64,000 nt of DNA from Candidatus Latescibacterota bacterium (GCA_965116875.1 OZ220733.1:1344001-1408000); one strand, 5' to 3'. Positions 29,106 through 39,257 are shown, numbered from the stretch's first letter. Notes: a model not told the origin generated them from the sequence alone. Numbers and translations are program-made.

Positions 29106-29588
29106 TCACTGCTGTGGGTTCGCGCCCTGTTGCCAGTCGACAATCTCGTAGACCCCTGAATTGTTCATATTCTCCCGCGTCTCCACCCGGTAGACCCAGC
29201 AACGCCCGTCCGTCTTCTCGCGTATCATCCGATCGGCCCAGTCGAACACGAATTTGGAGGAAGCCTCCATTCCGACGTTGGGTATCACGCGCAAGTCTAC
29301 GATCCCCCTGCGGTGCATCTCCTCGAACAGTTCCCGCTCGGGGTCGTTTTCGTTAATCAGCATCGTGTGGTCGAACATGTGTTCCAGCCACGCTTTCAGG
29401 TCCTTGAGCCTCCCGAAATCCACGACAAAGTGATTCTCATCCAGCTCGTCGCAGGTAAAATGGAACGTAATGTCCCGGTTGTAACCGTGGATAAACCGAC
29501 AGTGCCCGTCGTGATGCGCCTGTCGGTGCGAACACGGTAGATTGTGAAATGTCTTGGTGGACGAAAACCGTCCTTTTCCTCTGGTCAT
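29106..29588 (-). CDS. queD: 6-carboxy-5,6,7,8-tetrahydropterin synthase (QueD/PTPS family)
   Basis: CSHRQ..GHCRFIHGY, VVDFG.LK, FDHT. Confidence 0.8.
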   Translation of the reverse strand: MTRGKGRFSSTKTFHNLPCSHRQAHHDGHCRFIHGYNRDITFHFTCDELDENHFVVDFGRLKDLKAWLEHMFDHTMLINENDPERELFEEMHRRGIVDLRVIPNVGMEASSKFVFDWADRMIREKTDGRCWVYRVETRENMNNSGVYEIVDWQQGANPQQ

Positions 29589-29697
29589 AGTGCTCGTCTC
29601 TCTTCACAGTCGATCGCTGACGAATCTCTTAGAAAATACGCAATCCACCTTCTCTGTCAAGGTTTCGGCAATGGAAGGACACACAAGGAGCGCGACG

Positions 29698-30537
29698 ATG
29701 ATCATCGACACCCACACCCATTTCTACGATCCCTACCGTCCGGAAGGGGTACCCTGGCCGCCGCGCGACGACGCCCTGCTATACCGGCGTGTGCTGCCTG
29801 AAGACTACAAAGCCGTGGCCGTTCCCGAGGGCGTAACCGGCACCGTGGTCGTGGAAGCCAGTGAATGGGTAGAAGACAACGGCTGGATCCTCGATCTGGC
29901 CGCAACTGAGCCCTTCATCGTCGGTTTCGTGGGTAATCTCGACCCGGAATCGGACGACTTTGAGAATCGACTTGCAAGTCTGTCAGGGAATCCCCTCTTC
30001 CGCGGCATCCGCCTTCACAGGAACGAAGTTCAAACCGTCAGCGACTCGCTGTTTTCCAGACTCGAGCTGCTTGCACGGGCCGACCTGTCGCTGGACCTTC
30101 TCATCGACGTCGAGCAGCTTCACTCCGCCGTCCGCATTGCCGACGGGCTGCCGGACTTGCGCATCGTGCTCAACCACGTAATCCATGTACCTATTGACGG
30201 CAAGGCGCCGGACCCCGATTGGATCGACGGCCTGCACAATGTCTCACGGTACCCGAACATCTACTGCAAGGTGTCCGCCCTTGTCGAAACCGCCCGGGAC
30301 AGACCCGCGCCGCCCGAATTGATCTACTACGCGCCAACCCTGGACCACCTCTGGGAAATACTCGGCGTGGACCGGCTCATCTACGCCAGCAACTGGCCCG
30401 TGTGCGAACACGGCGCAGACTACGCGACGGTGCAACGCATCCCCATGGAGTACTTCAAAGCCATTGGAGACGAAGCGGTCGAGAAGGTTTTCTGGAGAAA
30501 CGCGAAAGCGGCCTACAAGTGGCCCGACCGGAAGTGA
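29698..30537 (+). CDS. Amidohydrolase_2-family protein
   Basis: IIDTHTHF, VVVEAS, VLNH, YCKVS, YASNWPV; AAGGAG RBS. Confidence 0.88.
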   Translation: MIIDTHTHFYDPYRPEGVPWPPRDDALLYRRVLPEDYKAVAVPEGVTGTVVVEASEWVEDNGWILDLAATEPFIVGFVGNLDPESDDFENRLASLSGNPLFRGIRLHRNEVQTVSDSLFSRLELLARADLSLDLLIDVEQLHSAVRIADGLPDLRIVLNHVIHVPIDGKAPDPDWIDGLHNVSRYPNIYCKVSALVETARDRPAPPELIYYAPTLDHLWEILGVDRLIYASNWPVCEHGADYATVQRIPMEYFKAIGDEAVEKVFWRNAKAAYKWPDRK

Positions 30538-30634
30538 CGGCAATCGGCAGGCGATGGGAGGCCCCCGCCGGGACCGGCCGGATGCAAGGCCGTTGTCCGG
30601 GCGCCATTCCGATTCCGCCGGGCGCGGTCGGCGG

Positions 30635-30991
30635 CTATCCACGCCGGGCAAGCATGGGCCCAAGCGGCCGGCCGCCAAGCAGATGCATATGCAGGTGGTA
30701 CACCTCCTGGCCGCCGTGGTCTCTGCAGTTCACGATCAACCTGTACCCGTCCTCGGAAAGTCCTTCCTCTTCCGCGAGCCGCGCAGCCACGCTGAACAAC
30801 CGGCCGAGCGCGGCCTCGTCCTCGCGTGACACATCACTGACGGTGGGAATCACCTTATTGGGTACGATCAGAATGTGAGTCGGCGCCTGTGGGTTGATAT
30901 CTCGAAACGCGGTGACCCATTCATCCTGGTAGGTGATTTCCGAAGGGATCTCCTTTCGGATTATCTTGCTGAAGATTGTCTCTTCCGCCAT
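30635..30991 (-). CDS. hinT: Histidine triad nucleotide-binding protein
   Basis: [39 protein letters not shown]. Confidence 0.93.
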   Translation of the reverse strand: MAEETIFSKIIRKEIPSEITYQDEWVTAFRDINPQAPTHILIVPNKVIPTVSDVSREDEAALGRLFSVAARLAEEEGLSEDGYRLIVNCRDHGGQEVYHLHMHLLGGRPLGPMLARRG

Positions 30992-31101
30992 GAATTCTCC
31001 TTTCGGTGATTGCTCCATTTTGCTATCTTTCCTGCCAATTAGACATCCCGTCAATCGCAAATAAAGCAAGTCCCGACTCCCGTTCGAAAGTCAGGCGGAA
31101 C

Positions 31102-31365
31102 ATGCTTTCTGCCATCGACCGCATTCTGGCCGGTTCGGCAATCGTCCTGCTGCGGATCTACCGTGTGATTGTCTCTCCTGTTCTCCAGGTCGTTTTCGGC
31201 CCTGGCAGCGGGTGCCGGTTTCATCCCACGTGCGCCAGGTACGCCCGCGATTGCTTTCGACAGCACCGCTTTCCGTTCGCGCTCTACCTGTCGGTCTCGC
31301 GAATTCTCAGATGCCATCCCTACCATCCCGGCGGGATTGATCCCGTCCCGCCGCAAAGTCGATAG
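31102..31365 (+). CDS. yidD: Membrane protein insertion efficiency factor
   Basis: YRVIVSP, CRFHPTCARY, RILRCHPYHPGGIDPVP. Confidence 0.9.
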   Translation: MLSAIDRILAGSAIVLLRIYRVIVSPVLQVVFGPGSGCRFHPTCARYARDCFRQHRFPFALYLSVSRILRCHPYHPGGIDPVPPQSR

Positions 31366-32186
31366 TGCAGACCTCCATGTTCGGAATCGCCCAGATACTC
31401 TGGAGCGCCGACCCCGAGATCTTCCGCATCGGTCCGGTCGTCCTGCGGTGGTACAGTCTGTGCTTTCTGGTTACTTTCGTCCTCGGCTACTTCATGATGC
31501 GCCGGATGTTCCGGTTCGAGGGAAAATCCGCGAAGGACCTCGACAGCCTGGTCAACCATATGGTTCTCGGGACCCTCATCGGCGCGCGTCTGGGACATTG
31601 TCTGTTCTACGATCCCGCATTCTACCTGTCAAATCCGGTTGAGATCTTCAAAATCTGGCGAGGCGGCCTTGCGAGCCACGGCGCAGCCATCGGCATTTTT
31701 GTCGCGCTCTATCTGTACGCACGAAACCGGACGGATCAGTCCTACCTCTGGATCCTCGACCGCATTGTCATTACGGTTGCCCTTGGCGGATTCTTCATCC
31801 GGATTGGAAACTTCTTCAATTCCGAGATTTACGGCACCCCGACCGGTCTGCCCTGGGCGATCGTCTTTTCGCACGTGGATGCCGTGTCAAGACATCCGGT
31901 GCAACTCTATGAGTCCCTCGCCTACGGACTGATCTTCCTCATCCTCTATACCGCCTGGTCAAGAAAGCGCAACGGGACGCCGTCGGGATTGCTTCTCGGC
32001 ATGTTCCTCGTTTCCGTCTTCTCGTTCCGGGTGGTCGTCGAATTCGTCAAAGTCCGTCAGGCCGCTTACGGCCACGGCTTCCCTCTCAGCGTGGGACAAT
32101 GGCTCAGCATCCCCCTTGTCATCCTGGGCATCGTCCTGCTCGTCAACGCTTCACGAAAAAATCGCTCGTCAGCCTCGACGACGTAA
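31365..32186 (+). CDS. lgt: Prolipoprotein diacylglyceryl transferase
   Basis: RWYSL, GARLGHCLFY, GGLASHG, RIGNFFNSEIYG, RHPVQLYE. Confidence 0.95.
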   Translation: MQTSMFGIAQILWSADPEIFRIGPVVLRWYSLCFLVTFVLGYFMMRRMFRFEGKSAKDLDSLVNHMVLGTLIGARLGHCLFYDPAFYLSNPVEIFKIWRGGLASHGAAIGIFVALYLYARNRTDQSYLWILDRIVITVALGGFFIRIGNFFNSEIYGTPTGLPWAIVFSHVDAVSRHPVQLYESLAYGLIFLILYTAWSRKRNGTPSGLLLGMFLVSVFSFRVVVEFVKVRQAAYGHGFPLSVGQWLSIPLVILGIVLLVNASRKNRSSASTT

Positions 32187-32240
32187 GTACGGAGAGGCAG
32201 ACACGGCTGTTCCCATAAAAACACAGAAAGGCGGGATCCC

Positions 32241-32996
32241 ATGAACTCGTATGCGGCCGTTGCCGGCGCACTGCAGGAATCACTCAACCTCGTACTCCCT
32301 CCCATTGCCGTCTGCATATCGGACGATGTACCCGAGGGTGTGCCCGACTACGACGGTCGGGCGCCCGCCGGCTGCCTGTTCTGGCAGGAAGCGGCGAAGG
32401 GGCCCTTTACCACGCGGACCACGCACCACGAACTGTGCGCCATCGGCGTTCATACACACCATATGGCCAACCCTCCCGATTCGTACGAAGCGGAACTGGG
32501 CAACGTCCTGAAAACAATGGCGGGCATGGATTACGTTCGTGAGCAGGACGTCCTCGAGATCCCGGTGCTGGAGAACGAAACCAGATGTGTAATTTACGCC
32601 CCGCTGGATAAAACGCCACTCGAACCGACCGTGGTTCTGCTCTTCGCGCATTCCGCGCAGAGCCTGATCATTACCGAAGCCGTCCAGCAGGTGGAACCCG
32701 CCGTTCCTCCCGCAATGGGCAGACCGGCGTGCGCCGTGGTTCCCCAGGCCGTAGGAACAGGAAGAGCCGCGCTCAGCCTGGGATGCTGTGGCGCGCGGGC
32801 ATACCTGGATACCCTCACGGATGACGTTGCGATATGGGCGCTTCCCGGCAACAAGTTGAACCAGTACGCAGCACGCATCGACATTCTTGCCAGAGCCAAC
32901 GCCGTTTTGGGCGAATTCCATTCCCTGCGTAGAAAAGACGTCGAAGCAGGTCTTGAACCCACGGTTGCAGAGTCTCTAGCCAGGCTGGAAAACTGA
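32241..32996 (+). CDS. DUF169-domain protein
   Basis: Cys pattern AGCLFW..CAIG..RPACA..SLGCCGAR typical of DUF169. Confidence 0.7.
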   Translation: MNSYAAVAGALQESLNLVLPPIAVCISDDVPEGVPDYDGRAPAGCLFWQEAAKGPFTTRTTHHELCAIGVHTHHMANPPDSYEAELGNVLKTMAGMDYVREQDVLEIPVLENETRCVIYAPLDKTPLEPTVVLLFAHSAQSLIITEAVQQVEPAVPPAMGRPACAVVPQAVGTGRAALSLGCCGARAYLDTLTDDVAIWALPGNKLNQYAARIDILARANAVLGEFHSLRRKDVEAGLEPTVAESLARLEN

Positions 32997-33002
32997 CTCT
33001 TG

Positions 33003-33043
33003 GAAACTGTCTTAAAATTCCCAGCGGTCTTCGCACGGCTGCA
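33003..33043 (+). mobile_element. Truncated left end of MITE family A
   Basis: GAAACTGTCTTAAAATTCCCAGCGGTCTTCGCACGGCTGCA matches the first ~41 nt of 27916-28077. Confidence 0.75.
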
Positions 33044-33117
33044 TCGTATATTAATAAGCTGTCCTAAAGAAAACGCGGCCGTCCGCATACCCATCTTCAC
33101 ATCAGCCGGAATCCTCG

Positions 33118-33840
33118 ATGCGTGCCACTTCAAAAGAACAGACTCTGGACCTGCGTGAAAAAGGCAAACCCATTAACGGACAGATTCAGGCCAGCAACCG
33201 ACGGCTCTTCATGCAGTTGCACGTCTATGAAAACTGCCCGCGCACGGACACGCTTGCGGACGCGCTTTGCGAATCCGGGGTCGACGCCGTCCTTTACGTG
33301 GACCTGAACGACCCGTCCGGCGTTGGCATTCTTACGCTGTCCGAATCTCCCGATGCGTTCACGGGGGAAATCCGCACATTGCTGAACGCCCCCCCGTTCA
33401 CCGGACTTCGACGCATTCCCGACCTCACCATGTTCGGAAGAACCTATGCTCACGGATACGAGCCCGATCTTGAAGAAACATTGTTGCAAAAGCCTCGCCG
33501 TAAGGTCCTTAACCCGGAATGGCCGTGGGCCGTATGGTATCCGTTGCGCCGCAAGCCCGAGTTCGGACAGCTTTCTGGCGAGGATCTGCGCGGGATTCTG
33601 GGTGAACATGCCAGAATCGGGCGGGCCTACGCCGAGGCAGGTTTTGCCCAGGACATCCGCCTGGCCTGTTATGGCCTGGACCGCAACGACAACGACTTCG
33701 TCATCGGACTGCTGGGGCCCGAGTTGCACCCGCTCTCGCACGTTGTGCAGGAAATGCGAAAAACCCGGCAGACCGCGCAATACGTGCAATCTCTCGGGCC
33801 GTTTTTCGTTGGCAAAGCCGTCTGGCAGTCGCCTCTCTAA
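33118..33840 (+). CDS. Chlorite dismutase/coproheme decarboxylase (ChdC/HemQ)-family protein
   Basis: YPLRR, EHARIGRAY, YGLD..DNDFV, EMR, GPFFVG. Confidence 0.8.
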   Translation: MRATSKEQTLDLREKGKPINGQIQASNRRLFMQLHVYENCPRTDTLADALCESGVDAVLYVDLNDPSGVGILTLSESPDAFTGEIRTLLNAPPFTGLRRIPDLTMFGRTYAHGYEPDLEETLLQKPRRKVLNPEWPWAVWYPLRRKPEFGQLSGEDLRGILGEHARIGRAYAEAGFAQDIRLACYGLDRNDNDFVIGLLGPELHPLSHVVQEMRKTRQTAQYVQSLGPFFVGKAVWQSPL

Positions 33841-34000
33841 CAGCCCGTTGAAAAAGTCCATCCGGGCTGCGGCCGGCCCTTGCGGTCGAAATACTGCGTT
33901 GCGCTCCCTCGCCGAATCGAAGGATGGGACTCGGTCGCGCGCCTTGTCTTCGACCACAATGGCTCGGCCTCGCCTGCAGAGCGACTTTATCAACGGACTG
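33841..34000 (+). mobile_element. MITE family B, copy 1 (160 bp)
   Basis: TIRs CAGCCCGTTGAAAAAG / CTTTATCAACGGACTG; 4-bp direct repeat CTAA on both sides; near-identical to 59491-59650. Confidence 0.9.
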
Positions 34001-34052
34001 CTAACGCCTGGGAAGAAGGACAGCCAGGTTACCCGATATACGGGACGCGCCA

Positions 34053-35306
34053 ATGATTCGTAAAGTCGAAGCCCTCCGCTACGGCTGTCTGCGCTTCATC
34101 AGCCGACCGCTGGATGCGTTCCACATTCTGGTTGGACCGAATGCGAGCGGAAAGACGACACTTCTGGACGCCATCGCCTTTCTCGGCGACCTCGTTTCCA
34201 ACGGCCTGGAGGAGGCCGTTGGAAAACGCGCCGCGGATCTGCGGGATCTGGTCTGGCGCCGCACGTTCGACCCCTTCGAAATCGCCATCGAACTGAGCAT
34301 ACCGTCGCAGAAGGCAGACCTCTTCGAAAACCGGCAATACGTTCGATGCCGGTACGAAGTCACCATCGGGACGACACCCGATACCAATGAGACCGCCATT
34401 CTCGCCGAGCGTGTTCTGCTTCTTCCGGACGATTCCCGGAGAGACCCGGTGTGCGAACAGCAGACGCTCTTCCCCATGGACCGCCCCATGCCGGACACGC
34501 TCGCCCTGCCCCGCATCAGGGGCGCCCGGACCATCGTACACAAGGTTCACGGGAGCAACGACAACTTCTATTACGAAACCGGCACCGGATGGGACCACTC
34601 GTTCAGGCTGGGTCCCCGGCGGTCCGCTCTGGCCAATCTGCCCGAAGACGAAACCCGATATCCGGTAGCGACCTGGCTGAAGGGTATACTCAACAACGGA
34701 ATCCAGCGCCTGATACTGAACAGCGCCACCATGCGCCGTCCCAGCCCGCCCGGTCTTCCCGCCGCGTTTCAGCCCGACGGTTCCAATCTGCCCTGGGTCA
34801 TCTCCTCGCTGCAGTCCGGTGCGCCCGATCGATTCGCGGCCTGGGTCAGGTGCCTGGAATCTGTCCTGCCCGACCTGAAATCCATCCGCACGGTGGAACG
34901 ACCTGAAGACCGCCACTGTTATCTGGTTTACCAGGACCGAAACGGACTGGAAGCGCCCTCCTGGAAGATTTCAGACGGAACCCTCCGCCTTATGGCGCTT
35001 ACTCTCCCGGCATACCTGCCTGAGTTCGGAGGCGCTTATCTCGTTGAAGAGCCTGAAAACGGAATCCATCCCCGGGCCGTCGAAACGGTTTTCAGGGCAC
35101 TCTCGTCCATTGAAGGCGCGCAGATCCTCGTAACCACGCACTCGCCCGTCATTGTGAGCCTGGCGGAAGGCAGTCAGGTCATCTGCTTTTCCAGGACCGA
35201 AACCGGCGCCACCGACGTCGTCCTCAGCACCGAAAACCCCGCGTTGCGCGAATGGCAGGGTGAAACCGATCTGGGTTCGCTGTTTGCCGACGGGGTATTG
35301 GGATAG
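34053..35306 (+). CDS. ABC-type AAA ATPase (AAA_21/AbiEii-like)
   Basis: GPNASGKT, SDGTLR, LVEEPENGIHP, TTHSP. Confidence 0.85.
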   Translation: MIRKVEALRYGCLRFISRPLDAFHILVGPNASGKTTLLDAIAFLGDLVSNGLEEAVGKRAADLRDLVWRRTFDPFEIAIELSIPSQKADLFENRQYVRCRYEVTIGTTPDTNETAILAERVLLLPDDSRRDPVCEQQTLFPMDRPMPDTLALPRIRGARTIVHKVHGSNDNFYYETGTGWDHSFRLGPRRSALANLPEDETRYPVATWLKGILNNGIQRLILNSATMRRPSPPGLPAAFQPDGSNLPWVISSLQSGAPDRFAAWVRCLESVLPDLKSIRTVERPEDRHCYLVYQDRNGLEAPSWKISDGTLRLMALTLPAYLPEFGGAYLVEEPENGIHPRAVETVFRALSSIEGAQILVTTHSPVIVSLAEGSQVICFSRTETGATDVVLSTENPALREWQGETDLGSLFADGVLG

Positions 35307-35367
35307 AACCGGGCCGGTCGCAGCGAGGCGTCCGCTCGAAACGCCGCAGAACGTGGGGACGTTCCTC

Positions 35368-36537
35368 ATGATTGAACTCGCTCTGAAATACGGATGCAAC
35401 CCGCACCAGAAACCCGCAAGAATATTCAACCGCCACGGCCCGCTTCCCTTCAGCGTCCTCAACGGAGCGCCCGGCTACATCAATCTGCTCGATGCGCTCA
35501 ACTCCTGGCAGCTCGTGAAGGAACTGAGGGAGACGCTCGACACACCCGCCGCTGCTTCATTCAAACACGTCAGTCCCGCGGGCGCCGCCGTAGGTGTGCC
35601 GCTGAACGACGATCTGAAGAAGGCATATTTTGTCGAGGGCATGGACCTTTCGCCCCTGGCCGTCGCGTACGCCCGCGCCAGGGGCGCCGACCGGCTTTCG
35701 TCGTATGGGGATTGGGCGGCCCTGAGCGACCCGGTTGACGTCCCCACGGCCAGGCTCCTTCGCCGCGAGGTATCCGATGGCGTCATTGCGCCGGGCTATC
35801 ATCCGGAAGCGCTGGATATTCTGAAAAAGAAAAAAGGCGGCGCCTACCCCGTCCTTCAAGTCGATCCCGATTACAAGCCCGTGGAAACGGAGTGTCGGGA
35901 GGTATTCGGACTCACCTTTGAGCAGCAATGCAACGACCTGATCGCCGGCCCCGATTTGCTCGGGAACGTCGTTACCCGGAGAAAGGAAATCCCCCCGGAC
36001 AAAGCCAGGGATCTGCTCGTGGCCACGATAACGCTGAAGTTCACCCAGTCGAACTCCATCTGCTTTGCATTGCAGGGCCAGGCCATCGGCGTGGGCGCCG
36101 GGCAGCAGAATCGCCTTGCGTGTACGGATATTGCCGCTCGCAAAGCCGAAGCCTGGTTTCTGCGCCAGCACCCCGACGTACTGGATCTGGATTTCAGAAA
36201 GGGCGCGAGGCGGCCTGAGAAGATAAACGCCATCGAACTGTATCTCAAAGGAGACATGACTCCCGAAGAAAAACGCGCCTGGCGCGGTTCGTTCCGCAAG
36301 GCGCCGCCGCCCTTCGGCGATGCGCCCAGAAGGGAATGGCTGCGGCGTCTCGGGGGTGTGACACTGGGCTCCGACGCGTATATCCCCTTCCGCGACAACA
36401 TCGACCGCGCGGCCCGTTCCGGCGTGGAATACGTTATCCAGACCGGCGGTTCCGTACAGGACGATGCCGTGACCGCGGCCGCCGATGAATACGGCATGGT
36501 CATGGTCAATACCGGGATCAGGCTCTTTCATCATTAG
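35368..36537 (+). CDS. purH: AICAR transformylase (PurH transformylase domain only)
   Basis: LKYGCNPHQ, GYINLLDA, SFKHVSPAG, LKFTQSNS, SDAYIPFRDNI, RLFHH; no IMP cyclohydrolase domain. Confidence 0.85.
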   Translation: MIELALKYGCNPHQKPARIFNRHGPLPFSVLNGAPGYINLLDALNSWQLVKELRETLDTPAAASFKHVSPAGAAVGVPLNDDLKKAYFVEGMDLSPLAVAYARARGADRLSSYGDWAALSDPVDVPTARLLRREVSDGVIAPGYHPEALDILKKKKGGAYPVLQVDPDYKPVETECREVFGLTFEQQCNDLIAGPDLLGNVVTRRKEIPPDKARDLLVATITLKFTQSNSICFALQGQAIGVGAGQQNRLACTDIAARKAEAWFLRQHPDVLDLDFRKGARRPEKINAIELYLKGDMTPEEKRAWRGSFRKAPPPFGDAPRREWLRRLGGVTLGSDAYIPFRDNIDRAARSGVEYVIQTGGSVQDDAVTAAADEYGMVMVNTGIRLFHH

Positions 36538-36545
36538 ATCGGTGA

Positions 36546-36610
36546 AAAGCAGCAAAAACAGCTATCAGCTTGAATCAAGAACAAAAGACAAACAGCAAAG
36601 AACAGCAGAC
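36546..36610. repeat. Degenerate A-rich ~7-bp tandem repeats
   Basis: Repeated AACAGCA/AACAAAA-like units just after the purH stop. Confidence 0.45.
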
Positions 36611-36672
36611 GGAACTACCGCGAATCCATCGAGTTGATCTACCGGAAATTCCTTTCGCCCGTTCGGTTGTGA

Positions 36673-36834
36673 GAAGCCGTTTTAAAATTACCGGTGAGTT
36701 CCCGAGCGCGAGCGAAAAAGTGGCGGTCAAGGCGGGAAAACCCGCCCATATTTGTCTATACGGGTGGGTTTGACCAACGCTGACCGTCGCTTTTGCAGCC
36801 GCGCGAAGACCGCTGGGAATTTTAAGACGGCTTC
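36673..36834 (-). mobile_element. MITE family A, copy 2
   Basis: Reverse complement of 27916-28077; TIRs GAAGCCGTTTTAAAAT / ATTTTAAGACGGCTTC; TGA on both sides. Confidence 0.85.
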
Positions 36835-36957
36835 TGAGGATGGGGCTGTTGTTCGCGGAGAATTGTATCTATTTCCTGGTGCCTGACGGAAACCAGTCTA
36901 TCCGAAGGCGACTTCATCGTACAACGACAATGTGTCGCAAAATGCGACGATTTTTCA

Positions 36958-36986
36958 TTGACCGCAGCGCGAACCCACGTTATATT
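36958..36986 (+). promoter_or_regulatory. Sigma70-type promoter upstream of the sigma factor gene
   Basis: TTGACC-N17-TATATT. Confidence 0.6.
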
Positions 36987-37129
36987 AACCGCTCGACACG
37001 GTTGTTTCTTCGGTGGTTATAGACGCGGCCCATTCGTGGTCTCCGGGCGTCGAAAACCATCGACAGGCTTCCTGGTGAACAAACGGGTGTACCTGAGGCA
37101 CACACCATCGCATATGGAGATTTGGGGAC

Positions 37130-37957
37130 ATGAAAGCCAGGATTTCGCACAGCGACGCGGACATCTATCTGCGCGATATCCGAAAATTCACGCCGCTGAG
37201 CAAAGAAGACGAAGCGGACGTGATCGCGGACGCTCAGAGGGGTAACCGCAGAGCCCTCGATCGTCTCATCACCGCCAACCTGCGATTCGTGGTCCGAATC
37301 GCCAGGGAATACAGCGGACGGGGACTTCCGCTGTCCGACCTGATTGCGGAGGGCAATCTGGGCCTGATTCGAGCCACGCGGACATTCGATCTGGCACGCG
37401 GGCACAAATTCATCACGTACGCGGTCTGGTGGATCCGTCAGGCCATCCTGTCCGCGCTCAACCGGTGTGTACATCCGGTTGTGTTCCCTGTAAATCAAAT
37501 CGACGACCTTGACGTGATCAACAGGGCCAAAAACGCCCTTTCGCAGTCGCTGGGCCGGATTCCCGACCTGGGCGAACTGGTTGAAAAGACCGGCATGCCC
37601 CTCAGGAGGCTGCGCCGCGCCCTCGAAGCCAACCGAACCACCGTGTCTCTCGACAGTCCCACGCATGACGGTTCCTCGGGAGTATACGCCGATACACTGC
37701 CGGCGCAGGACGCCCGGCCGGACGAGCAGTTTGAGGATGCCCGGATCAAGAAGCTGCTCAGGGAATGCCTGAACCGGCTGCCCCAGCGCGAAGCGAGGAT
37801 ATTGAGTCTGTATTTCGGCCTGGACTCGGATAAACCGGAGCCACTCGAGCGTATCGGGAAACGCCTGCAGATCAGCCGGGAGCGGGTGCGGCAACTCAAA
37901 GACAGGGCGCTTGGCAGACTTCGGCTCAATTTTGCGCAGGAAAAAATGATTTCGTAG
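37130..37957 (+). CDS. RNA polymerase sigma factor, RpoD/RpoS family (short, no region 1.1)
   Basis: [48 protein letters not shown]. Confidence 0.92.
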   Translation: MKARISHSDADIYLRDIRKFTPLSKEDEADVIADAQRGNRRALDRLITANLRFVVRIAREYSGRGLPLSDLIAEGNLGLIRATRTFDLARGHKFITYAVWWIRQAILSALNRCVHPVVFPVNQIDDLDVINRAKNALSQSLGRIPDLGELVEKTGMPLRRLRRALEANRTTVSLDSPTHDGSSGVYADTLPAQDARPDEQFEDARIKKLLRECLNRLPQREARILSLYFGLDSDKPEPLERIGKRLQISRERVRQLKDRALGRLRLNFAQEKMIS

Positions 37958-37974
37958 ACATGAGAGAAGCAGCA

Positions 37975-38023
37975 CGTACAGACAAAGCGGGCGGCCTGCA
38001 TGGCCGCCCGCTTTGTCTGTACG
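37975..38023. terminator. Hairpin between convergent genes, probable bidirectional terminator
   Basis: Perfect 22-bp stem CGTACAGACAAAGCGGGCGGCC / GGCCGCCCGCTTTGTCTGTACG. Confidence 0.8.
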
Positions 38024-38055
38024 GAATCCAACCGCTTACTCTCGCTGAATCCGGC

Positions 38056-39222
38056 TCATTTCTTTTGCTGTTTCAACAACTGAATCTCCCGCTGGAGACG
38101 AAGGAACTCCCGATACAGGACCTGGTTGCCTTCCTGCATGGATAGCTGCGACGTGACTGAAAACGCGTCATAGCCGGCCGCTGGAAATTGACCCGGCTCA
38201 ACCGTGAGTTTGCCCACCTCGACGCGCGGGGTGTCCGGTTGTTCACCTCGTTTGATCTTCATCCTGACCTCGGTTCCGGGAGTTGTGGAAAGGACCAGAC
38301 TCTGTAGATGCTCGGCGCTTTGAATCTGCTGCTCCTGGAACGAAATGATCAGATCCCCCCGTACGATCCCGCTGCTCGCCGCGGGGCCGTTCGGCGCAAT
38401 GCTATCGACCCGCACACCATGATAATCGGGATGGTACTCTCCGGTTACGCCCAGCCATCCGTATACCGTCTGTGAACCGTCCAGAAGGCGTTGGGCAACA
38501 CGAATTGCGCGATTGACAGGTACTACGAATACGAAGTTTGTCTCCTGCATCATTCGGGCGTCCGGAGTCCCTTCGGGAAGAATGCCGGACCATGGATCGA
38601 GCAGCGCCCAGACCAGGCCAAGAATCTTACCAGTACTGCAGAATACCGGTGCGCCGCCAAAACTGAGTTGTACAGGCGCCGCAACGTGTATCAGATCCTG
38701 CGCGCGGTCAACCTTGTAAACAACACCAAACGAAGGCGTCAGGTTTCCGAAACTGTTGCCCAGGATAAACGCATAGTGGCCCATGCGGACCCTGTCGGAA
38801 TCGCCGATTGCAATCGGCTCCAGGCCCTCTGCTTCAACGCGGATTACCGCCACCTCGGATACCGGATCCGATGCGACGAAACGGGCAGGGAGACGACGTC
38901 CCGTATCCAGGGTCACCCAGATTTCCTCGGCATCTTTTACGGCACGATGGACGGTTACAATGGTGCCCCTGCTATCCAGGATGAATCCGGTGCCGTGCAT
39001 GAATCCCTTGCCGTACTGAAGCCCCTCCACGGCCCCTGTCTGGGTATGGCTGGCATGAATGCGGACAACGCCTGCCCGGTTCTTTTCCAGAATTTCGGCT
39101 CTTTCTTCTTCAATTCCCTTGAGTACGCTGCCTGGGCGACAATACGCCGCACCCGGAACGGACAACAGTATTCCCACTACTATGGGAAGCGTCCACAGCA
39201 TGTTAAACCGTTTTGCTTTCAT
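38056..39222 (-). CDS. HtrA/DegP-like trypsin-fold plus PDZ protein, catalytic triad apparently degenerate
   Basis: Signal peptide, HGTGFILD, IGDSDRVRMG, PDZ GWLGV..GPAASSGIVRGDLII; GNSGG replaced by SFGGA. Confidence 0.8.
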   Translation of the reverse strand: MKAKRFNMLWTLPIVVGILLSVPGAAYCRPGSVLKGIEEERAEILEKNRAGVVRIHASHTQTGAVEGLQYGKGFMHGTGFILDSRGTIVTVHRAVKDAEEIWVTLDTGRRLPARFVASDPVSEVAVIRVEAEGLEPIAIGDSDRVRMGHYAFILGNSFGNLTPSFGVVYKVDRAQDLIHVAAPVQLSFGGAPVFCSTGKILGLVWALLDPWSGILPEGTPDARMMQETNFVFVVPVNRAIRVAQRLLDGSQTVYGWLGVTGEYHPDYHGVRVDSIAPNGPAASSGIVRGDLIISFQEQQIQSAEHLQSLVLSTTPGTEVRMKIKRGEQPDTPRVEVGKLTVEPGQFPAAGYDAFSVTSQLSMQEGNQVLYREFLRLQREIQLLKQQKK

Positions 39223-39257
39223 TGTTCTCGTAGGCTTTCTCTCTCCCGCAATATTCA

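Noticed and set aside
33446-34063. ORFs crossing the MITEs (also 59177-59707, 59530-60078, 27864-28082, 36570-36773)
   Set aside because: Their shared peptide text comes from translating the repeats; no transposase motifs
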